Source: Lentisphaeria bacterium
GTDB lineage: Bacteria > Verrucomicrobiota > Lentisphaeria > JABSQK01 > JAWLHB01
DNA: 46,841 nt
Direction: 5' to 3'
Assembly: GCA_041690595.1 (NCBI GenBank)
Contig: JAWLHB010000004.1
Span: forward strand, 248,001-294,841
Below the pieces are notes generated by a model that saw nothing but the letters and a program-made list of their open reading frames with translations, was not told the DNA's origin and searched no databases. Position numbers and translations under genes: made by a program. Shown one piece after another: positions 35,901 through 44,017 of this stretch (position 1 is the first letter of the stretch; each line of letters starts with the position of its first letter).

Positions 35901-36562
35901 AGGCGCGAACGCACCTCGACGGGGCAGTCGATTGGATGGCGCATCTGGGGAGCAAGCGGCGGGATCTGACGCCGGTGGCGGCCATCGTGAAGAGCTGGCC
36001 GACAGGGGAGCGCATGGCGCGTCCTGGCCGTCCGGGCTGGCCTGGCCCCGGCTGTATCGTGAACCCGCTGACGACGCCGTGGTACCTGGACTACCTGGCG
36101 CTGCGCATTCACTTTCTGCGTGGTTTTCTGGCCGGCGAGGTGGGTGAGCAGGAGGCGGCGGCGAGCGGCTACGCGGCAGCGTGTGAGGTGATTCGGAGTC
36201 AGGGCTTCAGCCCGACGGTGGTGGATCTGCGTTTGAGTCAGGGTTTGGCGAACGGGGCTTACCTTGCTCCCGCCAAACGGTGGCGGCTGCTGGACCGCAA
36301 CGTTCGGCAGCGGCTGCGGTTGGCTTGTTTTTACTATGTGTCGGGTCAGGAATGGATGGGTGAGGCGTTTTTCGAGCAGGTGCTGTCGAGTGAGCGTCTG
36401 GGGAAGGAGGAGCGGGCGCTGGCGTGTTACGGTCAGGCTCTGTGCCTGCTGCGGCGGGATGAAGTGGTGAGGGCCCTTGCGTGCCTGAAGCCGTTTGGCG
36501 ATGAGTTGCGGCAGACGGATGTGGCGCCGTATGTGAGACTGCTGCGGGAGGTGCAACCATGA
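32942..36562 (+). CDS. Large secreted TPR-like protein with an internally duplicated module
   Basis: Signal-like N-terminus; TPR-type helices (YEQAIDAC, YAEAIELY, YGLARCLFGQGKLEDA); two homologous halves; start at 32942 or ATG 32951. Confidence 0.75.
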   Translation: MKLMSGKRWWRNVVAGLLLALLWAVDGYGSDAGEYADDIEEGRWVAAGVKLGGLLKGELSELDRVIFTCDLALVERKKGDAKEGLSVLEGLPDGLKRQARPQLEKGLCLQAMKQDVAAESVLLPLTGVEENRIRLPAGLALAQMLMAREEYEQAIDACNKVLTDGRGESLTGMLEVVTETRKLLELATDAFALKVLGADYQIYRRARMAQAKGEYAEAIELYSQIKKNPVLLDAARCYMAESFYLWGEGRKGERLYKDFVAGNVFGLYRGEARLHWARFRLLEESGASSLQQARQLLEEASEWFEVVGAKSPPIDIGDVQLMVKYFPAPSQFTRPGDLGGLVRSYAGPASILNRLTARWYIPMHHVHALLLLGYTCFELEDYEAAAAALDKAVALNHAYGRAFMTDEGARSQLHAGLAARSFLVPRKAWDKASAKHARRLHLACFYTMAGQYDSALALFTETIRRDATERLRSGDLSLANYGLARCLFGQGKLEDAVKQLSPFQGDLRREELAEEATLLMANILAGSTGKGYEQARMLYAELGRRGSSVELRAQALLSLAVTACNHGENEVAVKVCAALIKHYPEAVQTPAARTLAARLAVGNGVVRAGLPPADPPEIVTEAGRVVPVNAHLILPGSKRLHDNPAALKAADLMRYQVTASPQSDCIIIRGFTVRFTPYEPQIEPAVGRQAQFIRAPVLLRETLWADPVTQPEPYTVSEGGELLFWQGKLDMLLGSKDFRGAEAHVRKLLDDPRTSGGYLPLLRADLARVYRLGGAPEKGAMLIDSLDFSVQTQRRVRLERGLIALAMGETAKAEELLTRAREANEPEIRAVATWRLAEIAHGKKEYGLAGKLAAEVVQQARDASTAEVKSFLEPARELIEASQRDEIVGLHGEGYWHYRQGRIAQSRGRHAEAVAAFEKVKENEILSEAAGLYRAMALASQNDAQGARKAFETVLATWPDGFYTGEALLEWASMEYLAANGEEGVRQARTHLDGAVDWMAHLGSKRRDLTPVAAIVKSWPTGERMARPGRPGWPGPGCIVNPLTTPWYLDYLALRIHFLRGFLAGEVGEQEAAASGYAAACEVIRSQGFSPTVVDLRLSQGLANGAYLAPAKRWRLLDRNVRQRLRLACFYYVSGQEWMGEAFFEQVLSSERLGKEERALACYGQALCLLRRDEVVRALACLKPFGDELRQTDVAPYVRLLREVQP

Positions 36563-37662
36563 GAGCGATCATTGGGTTGCTGGTGGTGATGGTGGTGGCC
36601 TTTCCCTGGCGATTGCAGGCGCAGCTGAGCTCGGAGGGAGAGGAGCTGGCGTTGATGGAGAAGTATGGCAAGGACTACATCCTATACCGGCAGGGGAGGG
36701 AGACACAGGCGGTCGGGGAGTACGCGGAGGCTCGCGGGTATTATCTGCAGCTTGGTGGCGAGGTGTTGGCGGATGCGGGAAAGGCGTACGCGATCGAGTG
36801 CCAACTGGCGGAAGGATCCTTCCGGGATGCCGTGCGTGGGGCGAAGTCGTTTCTTGTGGGCAATCCGAGCGGTTATTATACCTTTGACGCGCAACACTTG
36901 CTTGCCATGGCGCAGTATCTCGACGGGAGCGGCAGTGCTGAGGGTATCGCGGCGGCCCGGGCGACCCTGGCGCAGGCCCTTGCCAGCTACGACATGATCT
37001 ACAAGCAGTGGGAGGAGGAGCATCAACGCGAGCAGAACCTTCCGGCGCTGCTCCTGTTGCTGAAGGATGAGAATCCCATTGACAAGGCGATCGGCGATTT
37101 CGGCGTTTCCAGTGCTTTCGCGCTGCCGGGCAGCAAGGGATGGCCAAAGGCCCCCGCGATCTTCAATCGCCGCTCTTGCTCATGGTACCTGCCGTGGACA
37201 AAGTGCAGGCTGCATCTGCTGGAGGCGTTTCTGGCGATGGAAGGGGGGGATGAAGCCGGAGCCCGAAAGGCGCTGGACGCGGCCGGTGCGGTGTTGCCGA
37301 TGCACGATCCGGCCGTGGATGCGTATCGCCAGCGTTTCAACGAGGCGCTGCGCCGCGGCGCCTTCTTCCACGATGCGGCGATGTGGGGGCGCTGGCAGCG
37401 TCATTCGGCTACCTTGCGGCTTACCGGGCTTCTGGTCGCGATGGGGGAGAACAATCTGGCTTCGGGTCTGGCCTTGACGGTTCTGCGATCGCCGCGGGCC
37501 ACACGCGAGGAAAGCGCCTCGGCGGTGTTGGCCTGCCTGCTGTGTCACCTGCGTGCCCAACGGCCGGGGGATGCTCGGGCGCTGCTCGACGAGCACGGGG
37601 AGATGCTGGCCCGGGCGAATCTGCTGGACACGGCTCGTCACCTTGCCCAGCTCTCCTGGTAG
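36559..37662 (+). CDS. Secreted TPR-like protein, single copy of the same module
   Basis: Signal peptide (..LQA|Q); ATGA overlap with the upstream gene; GKDYILYRQGR and APAIFNRRSCSWYL match the upstream modules. Confidence 0.75.
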   Translation: MRAIIGLLVVMVVAFPWRLQAQLSSEGEELALMEKYGKDYILYRQGRETQAVGEYAEARGYYLQLGGEVLADAGKAYAIECQLAEGSFRDAVRGAKSFLVGNPSGYYTFDAQHLLAMAQYLDGSGSAEGIAAARATLAQALASYDMIYKQWEEEHQREQNLPALLLLLKDENPIDKAIGDFGVSSAFALPGSKGWPKAPAIFNRRSCSWYLPWTKCRLHLLEAFLAMEGGDEAGARKALDAAGAVLPMHDPAVDAYRQRFNEALRRGAFFHDAAMWGRWQRHSATLRLTGLLVAMGENNLASGLALTVLRSPRATREESASAVLACLLCHLRAQRPGDARALLDEHGEMLARANLLDTARHLAQLSW

Positions 37663-37738
37663 AGACGGGGCGGCGAGCTTCCGGCGGGCAACGAAGATGT
37701 GGCCAACGGCGGTGGCGATTTCAGATTTGGCGAGAAGG

Positions 37739-37766
37739 TTGACATCGCAGCGTTTGAAGGTAGAGT
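37739..37766 (+). promoter_or_regulatory. Putative sigma70 promoter of the kinase-GT2-isomerase operon
   Basis: TTGACA (37739-37744), 16 nt, TAGAGT (37761-37766). Confidence 0.6.
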
Positions 37767-37871
37767 GTGCAAGGCCTTGGGTGGCGCTACCGGCGGCGAC
37801 CAAATTGCTTGTCGTGGATGGTTCAGCAGGGGGCGGATAATGAGCAAGAAGCAGCATAAAGGCAGCGGCAA

Positions 37872-39422
37872 ATGGTAGCGGTAATCGTGTTGCTGGTGCT
37901 GGCGGTGGCAGCGCTCACCCTGTCCAATATGCATTTGTACAATCGGGCGGTGGTGGCGCGTCGGGTAAAGGACCAGCTCGAACGGACTATTGACATCGAG
38001 CGCAAGGCGACAGCGTCGCTGATTCGTCTTGCCAGCGAAGAGACGAGCACCGGCAGCGGGGAGATACCCTTCCTCGACCGATACTGCGATTTCACGCGGC
38101 GGACGATCCGAGCGACCGGGGTGGGGGCGTTTCTGCTGGAGGAGGATGAGTTTCGGGGGGCGGCGGTTTGCGGCATTTTTCCGCCGTTGGAGGATCTGCC
38201 GCCACAGCTTCGGGAGCAGTTGGTGTCGAATCCGCGCCATCATCGGCGCCACATTCAGAAGACAGCACTTTCAGCGAGCGAGCCGGAGTTGGAGCGCCTG
38301 CGGCATTCGTTGAGCGCGCAGCTCTATACAGATAAGTTTCCGTCGTGGATACCGGTGGAGTCCCTGGACGGTTTGAATTCGCTGATCATTTCGCCGATCA
38401 CGGCGAAGCGGACGGTGCTGGGCATGGTGATGGTGGTGCAGCACAGCGAGAATGCGCCGCTGGCGGAGGCGGACGCGGATTATGCGTTGCGCCTTGGTGA
38501 GATAGCGGGGATGTGCATCGACGGAATGCGGGTGTCGGTGGAGCGTATCGAGCAGGAGCAGCGGCTGCGGATGGCGCATGAAGAAGGGATGCTGCAGGTG
38601 ACGACGGGGATGGTGCACAATATCGGCAACGCGGTGACGGTGGCGCAACTGATCACGTCGCGGCTGCTCTCGACGCACGACCAGGCGGTGGGGCAGGTTG
38701 CGGACTTTCTGGTGAATGATCTGCTGCCGGCGCTACGCGAACACCGGGAGCATGGCGACCTGGTGAGTTTTCTGGGGGAGTCGCCGGAAGGGGCTGAGTA
38801 TCTGACGGCGATGGATCAACTGCTTCCCCTGATGGTGGAGCAGCGCGAACAGAGCCTGGAGCAGTTGCGAGCGCTGGATCAGAAGCTTCTGCACATCACG
38901 GAGATCATCGATCTTCAGCAGCATTTTGTGGGAGAGTTGGGAACGGAGGAGTTGGTTCAAGTAGAAAAGCCGATCGGTAACGCGATCACGATTGTGACGG
39001 AGTCGGCGGAGCTTCGTCACGTGCAGGTGCATACGGAGTTCGGGGAGACGCCTCGGATCCTGGCGGATGCGACGATGATGACGCAGATATTTCTGAACCT
39101 GTTGACGAACTCGATCGAGGCGCTGGGGACGGATCGGACGGATGGTGAGATCAAGATCCGCACGTACGTTGAAAGGGAGGGCGACGCGGAGTACGTTGTG
39201 TGCTCGATCGCGGATAACGGCCCGGGAATCCCGCAGGAGCTGCAGGAGTCGGTGTTTGAGTCGGGTACGAGCACCAAGAAACAGGAAAGCTCTGGAGTCA
39301 CGAAGAACAAGGGTCTCGGGCTGAACTTCTGTCGCCAGACCGTCAATAAGTACAATGGCAGCATCAGGCTGGAGTCGAAGCCTGGGCAAGGCACGACGGT
39401 CTTTGTGAGACTGCCCGCGTGA
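37872..39422 (+). CDS. Membrane sensor histidine kinase (TM, GAF-like, HATPase_c)
   Basis: N-terminal TM; H-box HNIGN; N-box QIFLNLLTNS; G1 DNGPGI; G2 GLGL; GQGTTVFVRLP. Confidence 0.88.
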   Translation: MVAVIVLLVLAVAALTLSNMHLYNRAVVARRVKDQLERTIDIERKATASLIRLASEETSTGSGEIPFLDRYCDFTRRTIRATGVGAFLLEEDEFRGAAVCGIFPPLEDLPPQLREQLVSNPRHHRRHIQKTALSASEPELERLRHSLSAQLYTDKFPSWIPVESLDGLNSLIISPITAKRTVLGMVMVVQHSENAPLAEADADYALRLGEIAGMCIDGMRVSVERIEQEQRLRMAHEEGMLQVTTGMVHNIGNAVTVAQLITSRLLSTHDQAVGQVADFLVNDLLPALREHREHGDLVSFLGESPEGAEYLTAMDQLLPLMVEQREQSLEQLRALDQKLLHITEIIDLQQHFVGELGTEELVQVEKPIGNAITIVTESAELRHVQVHTEFGETPRILADATMMTQIFLNLLTNSIEALGTDRTDGEIKIRTYVEREGDAEYVVCSIADNGPGIPQELQESVFESGTSTKKQESSGVTKNKGLGLNFCRQTVNKYNGSIRLESKPGQGTTVFVRLPA

Positions 39423-39450
39423 CAACCAGCAGGAACGAAGGCTTCCGCAT

Positions 39451-40188
39451 ATGGCGCTGAATGGAAAGAAGATTGTCGTGGTGATGCCGGCGTACAACGC
39501 GGCCGCGACGCTGGAACGGACGATGGCCGAAATGCCGATGGACATCATCGACCACGTGATCCTGGTGGACGATGCGAGCAGCGACAACACCGCGAGCGTG
39601 GCCAAGGCGATGGGGCTGGAAGTGACCGTGCATGAGCACAATCGCGGGTATGGCGGGAACCAGAAGACGTGCTATGCCATGGCGCTCGAGCGCGGCGCGG
39701 ATATCGTGGCGATGATTCATCCGGACTACCAATATACGCCGCTGATTCTGCGCGCGACCTGCTGCCTGATCGCGGAGGCGGGGTACGAGTTTGTGCTGGG
39801 CTCGCGGATTCTGGTGAATGGCGCGCTGGCGGGGGGGATGCCGCGGTACAAGTATGTGGCGAACCGTTTTCTGACGTTGTTCGAGAACCTCTGCCTGGGC
39901 AACAAGCTGTCGGAGTACCATACGGGGTATCGGGTCTATGATGCGAAGATTCTCCGTGAGATCGATTTCGAGGCATTTTCGGAGGATTTCGTCTTCGACA
40001 ACCAGATGCTGGCGGAGATCGTGCTTCGGCAGTACAAGGTGGGCGAGGTTTCCTGCCCGACACGGTACTTTGCGGAAGCGTCGTCGATCAATTTTCGTCG
40101 TTCGTGCACGTACGGTCTTGGGGTCCTTGGCGTATCGCTGAAAGGGTTGATCAGCCGGGCCACGGGCAAGCGGAGTCTGCTTGGCTGA
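39451..40188 (+). CDS. GT2 glycosyltransferase, DPM1-like
   Basis: VVVMPAYN, LVDDASSD, NRGYGGNQK, HPDYQY, VLGSR, FVFD. Confidence 0.9.
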   Translation: MALNGKKIVVVMPAYNAAATLERTMAEMPMDIIDHVILVDDASSDNTASVAKAMGLEVTVHEHNRGYGGNQKTCYAMALERGADIVAMIHPDYQYTPLILRATCCLIAEAGYEFVLGSRILVNGALAGGMPRYKYVANRFLTLFENLCLGNKLSEYHTGYRVYDAKILREIDFEAFSEDFVFDNQMLAEIVLRQYKVGEVSCPTRYFAEASSINFRRSCTYGLGVLGVSLKGLISRATGKRSLLG

Positions 40189-40219
40189 GGTGGTGCGGCA
40201 TAGCGGGAGGTTGGGGAAG

Positions 40220-41026
40220 ATGAAGATTGCCGGTTCGACGATTGCCTTCACGGGCAAGCCATTGGGTGAGGCTCTGGCGGGATTGGCGGGGATGGGCTTT
40301 GACCAGGTGGATCTGCTCACCTTCCATGGTTGGGCACATATCAATCCCGCGGATCTTGTGGGGTGCGCGGGCAGCCGGGCGGATGAGGTGCGGAGGATGC
40401 TCGACGAGCATGGGCTGCAGGCGGCAGCGCTGAATGCGAAGCCCACCTTCCACATGAATACGCCAGTGCGAAGCGAACAGGAGCGTAATCTTGAAGAGCT
40501 GAAGGCGTTGGGGGAGTTTGCGCGCCGCGTCGGAGCGGGGCGGGTGACGCTGCAGCCGGGGCCGGGGGATGCCGGTGGTTCCATGGAGGCCGCGCTCGGG
40601 TTGTCGATCGAGGCGTTTGCCCGAACGGTGGAGGCCATTGCCGGGGAGGATCTGGTGATCAGCTTCGAACCGCATGCGAACTCGGTGGCGGAGAGCTATC
40701 CGGCGATGCGGCGCTACCTGGAGGCGGTGCCGGGGTTGACGGTCTGCTACGATCCCAGTCACTTCATCGGGATGGGATGGGAGGTGGAAGCCAGCACTTT
40801 TCTCTTGCCGCGGGTGGGTAATGTGCATCTGCGCAATGCGGTGAAGGGGCAGATCATGATGCCCATGGGCGAGGGGACTCTGGATCTGGAGTGGGTGCTG
40901 TGCCAGCTGGCGAAGTCGGGCTACGAGGGGAGTCTTTCGATCGAGTATTTCGCCAACGATCGCTTTGACTGGCTGGCGGAAACGGTCGCGCTGAAGGAGC
41001 GGCTGGAGCGGCTGCTTGACAGGTAG
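40220..41026 (+). CDS. Sugar phosphate isomerase/epimerase (xylose isomerase-like TIM barrel)
   Basis: FEPH, YDPSH, VHLRN, MGEGTLD, GYEGSLSIEY metal-site pattern. Confidence 0.85.
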   Translation: MKIAGSTIAFTGKPLGEALAGLAGMGFDQVDLLTFHGWAHINPADLVGCAGSRADEVRRMLDEHGLQAAALNAKPTFHMNTPVRSEQERNLEELKALGEFARRVGAGRVTLQPGPGDAGGSMEAALGLSIEAFARTVEAIAGEDLVISFEPHANSVAESYPAMRRYLEAVPGLTVCYDPSHFIGMGWEVEASTFLLPRVGNVHLRNAVKGQIMMPMGEGTLDLEWVLCQLAKSGYEGSLSIEYFANDRFDWLAETVALKERLERLLDR

Positions 41027-41032
41027 TACTGA

Positions 41033-41608
41033 GCGGAAGGACGGGATCGAGTGGGACGAACGGCATGTGCGGGATTGGTACATGACGCAACCCCGGGCTA
41101 TGGGACGTAGCCCCGTTTGGGGCAACGTGGCATAAGGAGATCTGGACGTATCTGACGTATCTGACGTATCTGACGGACAAATGGGAGGGGAGGGCCGTTG
41201 GAAACGGCCGTGGTCGCCGTTCGGAGAACGCCCCCCCATAATTCCCATGGAATTGAGCGCACGTGGGGAGGAGGCGGCGCGGTGGACGCAACCCGGTTGG
41301 GGTTGACGGCTCTGGTGGCGACACGACCCAGGGTAGCCGCAGCGGCAACCCTGGGCTAAGGGACGGAATCCCGTCGGGATTACCGTAGAGGACCATGACC
41401 ATCACCTTTCCATCAACTCGGGGAAAGGTGGTTCTCGGCTCTTGCGGAAGGACGGGATCGAGGGGATGAACGGTATGTGTGGGACTGTTCGTTCATGACG
41501 CGAGCCCGGTTGGGGTTGACGGCTCTGGTGGCGACCGACTCAGGGTAGCCGCGGCGGCAACTCTGGGCTAAGGGACGGAATCCCGTTGGGATTCCCGGAC
41601 AGGACCAT
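41033..41608. repeat. Composite palindromic REP/MITE-like repeat patch
   Basis: Unit A at 41033-41088 and 41444-41501; unit B at 41285-41396 and 41497-41608 with internal palindrome CCCAGGGTAGC...GCAACCCTGGG; a deleted B copy at 41084-41123. Confidence 0.85.
41145..41175. repeat. 9-bp tandem repeat (GACGTATCT) x3.4
   Basis: gacgtatct-gacgtatct-gacgtatct-gacg read directly. Confidence 0.95.
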
Positions 41609-41661
41609 AGACGCGGAAGAGTTTCGCGGCAAGGTAACGTTTCCGGAGTGGGTGCGATGCG

Positions 41662-41670
41662 TGCTATAGT
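41662..41670 (+). promoter_or_regulatory. Putative extended -10 promoter
   Basis: TG-C-TATAGT 40 nt upstream of ATG 41711; no clear -35. Confidence 0.5.
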
Positions 41671-41710
41671 GTAAGGGGTCATCAACACGAAGCACCACAG
41701 GGAGACAACC

Positions 41711-42658
41711 ATGAGGGCGATAGTATTCGATACGTTTGGCGGGCCGGAAGTGCTGCAACTGCGCGATGTGCCGGAGCCGGAGGCCGGGGTGGGTCAGGTG
41801 CTCATCGAGGTGAAGGCGATCGGCGTCAATCCGGTCGATTGGAAGCTGCGCGAGGGCTACCTGGCGGAGCGCATACCCCATCAGTTTCCGGTGACGCCGG
41901 GTTGGGACGTGGCGGGGATAGTGAGGGCGCTGGGTGTGGGGGTGAGTTCGTTGCAGGTAGGCGACGAGGTGTGGGCGTATTGCCGCCGGGATGTGGTGCA
42001 GCAGGGATCGTACGCGGAGTACATGGTGCTGCCGGAGTATCTTGCGAGCATCAAGCCGGCGTCGATCAGTTTCACGGAGGCAGCCGCGGTGCCGCTTGCG
42101 GGGCTGACGGCGTGGCAGGCGCTTCATGATGCCGCGAAGCTGAGTCGGGGCGGTTCGGTGCTGATTCATGCGGCGGCCGGTGGTGTCGGAGCCTTTGCGG
42201 TGCAGCTGGCCCGGCGCTTTGGTGCGGAGATCGTCGGCACGGCCAGTGCGGGGAACGCGGAGTTCGTCCGTCAGATGGGTGCGGATCGCGTCATCGACTA
42301 TACCTCTCAGGATGTACGGGCGGAGGTGCGCAAGCATTTCCCCGAGGGGGTCGATGTGGTCTTCGACTGCGTCGGCGGCAAGGTGACGGAAGAGAGTGCC
42401 GAGCTGGTGGCCGCGGATGGCTGCCTGGTGACCATTGCCAATTTCGGAGCGGTGGAGGGGCTGAAGCAGCGTGGCATTGGGGCCATGTCAGTGTTCGTGC
42501 GTCCGGATCGCGAGCAGCTTGCGGCACTTGGCGAGTTGGCGGCGAGCGAACGGCTGCAGGTGCACGTGGAGGAGGTTTATCCGCTTGCGGAAGCGGCGCG
42601 TGCGCAGGAGCGGAGTAAGGCCGGTCACGTTCGTGGCAAGCTGGTGCTGGTGCCGTAA
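41711..42658 (+). CDS. NADP-dependent oxidoreductase (MDR / quinone reductase-like)
   Basis: GGPEVL, GVNPVDWK, PLAGLTAWQAL, AAAGGVG, GHVRGKLVL. Confidence 0.93.
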   Translation: MRAIVFDTFGGPEVLQLRDVPEPEAGVGQVLIEVKAIGVNPVDWKLREGYLAERIPHQFPVTPGWDVAGIVRALGVGVSSLQVGDEVWAYCRRDVVQQGSYAEYMVLPEYLASIKPASISFTEAAAVPLAGLTAWQALHDAAKLSRGGSVLIHAAAGGVGAFAVQLARRFGAEIVGTASAGNAEFVRQMGADRVIDYTSQDVRAEVRKHFPEGVDVVFDCVGGKVTEESAELVAADGCLVTIANFGAVEGLKQRGIGAMSVFVRPDREQLAALGELAASERLQVHVEEVYPLAEAARAQERSKAGHVRGKLVLVP

Positions 42659-43038
42659 CAGGTGGTCGCATTGCGCTGAAGGCGCTGCATGGTGTAGCGC
42701 AGCTTGACGGCGGGGCACTCCTTTTCGAAGCCGGGGAAGTTCCAGCCGTTGGGGAAGTCGCGACATTGCTCGGGTTTGACGGCGTTGATGCGGCAGCGGT
42801 TCTGGCCTTCGAGCATGACGCAGGCACCGTCTCCTGGTCGTTCGCCGAGGGTGAGGCCGCGGCGGTCGGGGCGCAACTCGGTATAGGTTTCGATGAAGGT
42901 GTCGACGGTGATGGCGAGGTAGTCGGCGATGCGGGTGATTTCCTCGTCGTCGAGCTTGACGATGCCGGGCCATCGGCAGCAGTTGCCGCAACGTGTGCAG
43001 ACGTGCAGGTGCTGATTCTTCGATGCGCCGGGGGACAT
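42625..43038 (-). CDS. YkgJ family CxxCxxCC cysteine-cluster protein
   Basis: CTRCGNCC, C.ML....C.I...KPEQCRDFP. Confidence 0.88.
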   Translation of the reverse strand: MSPGASKNQHLHVCTRCGNCCRWPGIVKLDDEEITRIADYLAITVDTFIETYTELRPDRRGLTLGERPGDGACVMLEGQNRCRINAVKPEQCRDFPNGWNFPGFEKECPAVKLRYTMQRLQRNATTCYGTSTSLPRT

Positions 43039-43043
43039 GAGCG

Positions 43044-43535
43044 CTATTCCAGAGGGAGGCGCACGTGCGGGTCGCTCTCTTGCTCAGGCGGCTGATGGCG
43101 GGATTCGGCACCGATGACGTTGAGGATGGGATGAATCTCCGTCCTGACGCCGATCATCTCGCGGAAATCCTCACGGAGCTTGTTCTTCATCTTTTCCTTT
43201 CCGGAGTTGAAGGCCATGCGTGGATCGAAGGAGAAGTCGACGCGGATGACGTAGCGTTTGCCCTGGCGGCGGACCTGGACGCGATGGACCTCGATATCGC
43301 GGAACTCGCTGAGGCTGATGATGACGATGTCTCGGCTGGCGCGCTCGCTGAGGAAGACATCGCCGTTCTCGCCGGGGATATGGATCTGGTTGGCGCGTCG
43401 TCTGCGGGACCATCCCATGGCGCGGAGGGCGAACCAGAGGACGAGGGTGATGACGATGCCGGTGATAAGTCCGGGGAGAAACCAGATGATGATTTCCGGT
43501 GAGAGATCAATCTCAGGGATGCGAAAGGGCATCAT
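43044..43535 (-). CDS. AmaP-like membrane anchor for Asp23
   Basis: N-terminal TM, then GENGDVFLSERASRDIV and an Asp23-like beta/alpha pattern; directly downstream of the Asp23 gene. Confidence 0.6.
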   Translation of the reverse strand: MMPFRIPEIDLSPEIIIWFLPGLITGIVITLVLWFALRAMGWSRRRRANQIHIPGENGDVFLSERASRDIVIISLSEFRDIEVHRVQVRRQGKRYVIRVDFSFDPRMAFNSGKEKMKNKLREDFREMIGVRTEIHPILNVIGAESRHQPPEQESDPHVRLPLE

Positions 43536-43544
43536 GAGGAATAC

Positions 43545-43991
43545 CTACTCGTTGGGTTCTTCGCCTTCATCGGGAAGCTCTTCCAGTTGCTCTTCGTGCT
43601 CGAGATTCTGAACGACGACATTGACTCGGCCGACCTGCTGGCCGGTGAGTTCCTCGACGAACTTTCGCACGATGTTCTGGACGTTGGTGGCGACGGTCGG
43701 CACATGCTCACCAAAACGGACAATGATGCTGACGGAGATGCTGACACGCTCGCCGTCCATTTCGACGCGGATAGCGCGATCCTGAATCCTCTTGCCGATG
43801 ATGCCGGCGAGTCCACCGACGATGCTCTGGCCGACGAGTCGGGCGACGCCGGGAACGGAGAGGGTATACTTGCGAACGACGGCGGCGATGACATCATCCG
43901 AGATCTGGATGGTGCCCATGTCGTTCTCTTCGGTGTGCGTGCTGACCTGCGGGGCTGGCTGGGGCGGGGTTTTCTTGCTGATATTGGCCAT
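43545..43991 (-). CDS. Asp23/Gls24 family protein (YqhY-like)
   Basis: GTIQISDDVIAAV, VPGV, VRFGEHVPTVATNVQ, VEELTG..V..VNVVV. Confidence 0.9.
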   Translation of the reverse strand: MANISKKTPPQPAPQVSTHTEENDMGTIQISDDVIAAVVRKYTLSVPGVARLVGQSIVGGLAGIIGKRIQDRAIRVEMDGERVSISVSIIVRFGEHVPTVATNVQNIVRKFVEELTGQQVGRVNVVVQNLEHEEQLEELPDEGEEPNE

Positions 43992-44017
43992 CTTGCCACT
44001 CCTTCTTGGTGGTAGAG

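Noticed and set aside
21180..41030. Prophage or integrative island
   Set aside because: No integrase, transposase, phage genes or att-like direct repeats seen; the tRNAs are intact and far from this region
41033..41608. Possible CRISPR array
   Set aside because: Only 2-3 long degenerate units, no regular unique spacers and no cas genes
40854..41712. Minus-strand ORFs 40854-41405 and 41413-41712 (NPDGIPSLSPGLP...)
   Set aside because: Translations of the palindromic repeat units, not credible proteins
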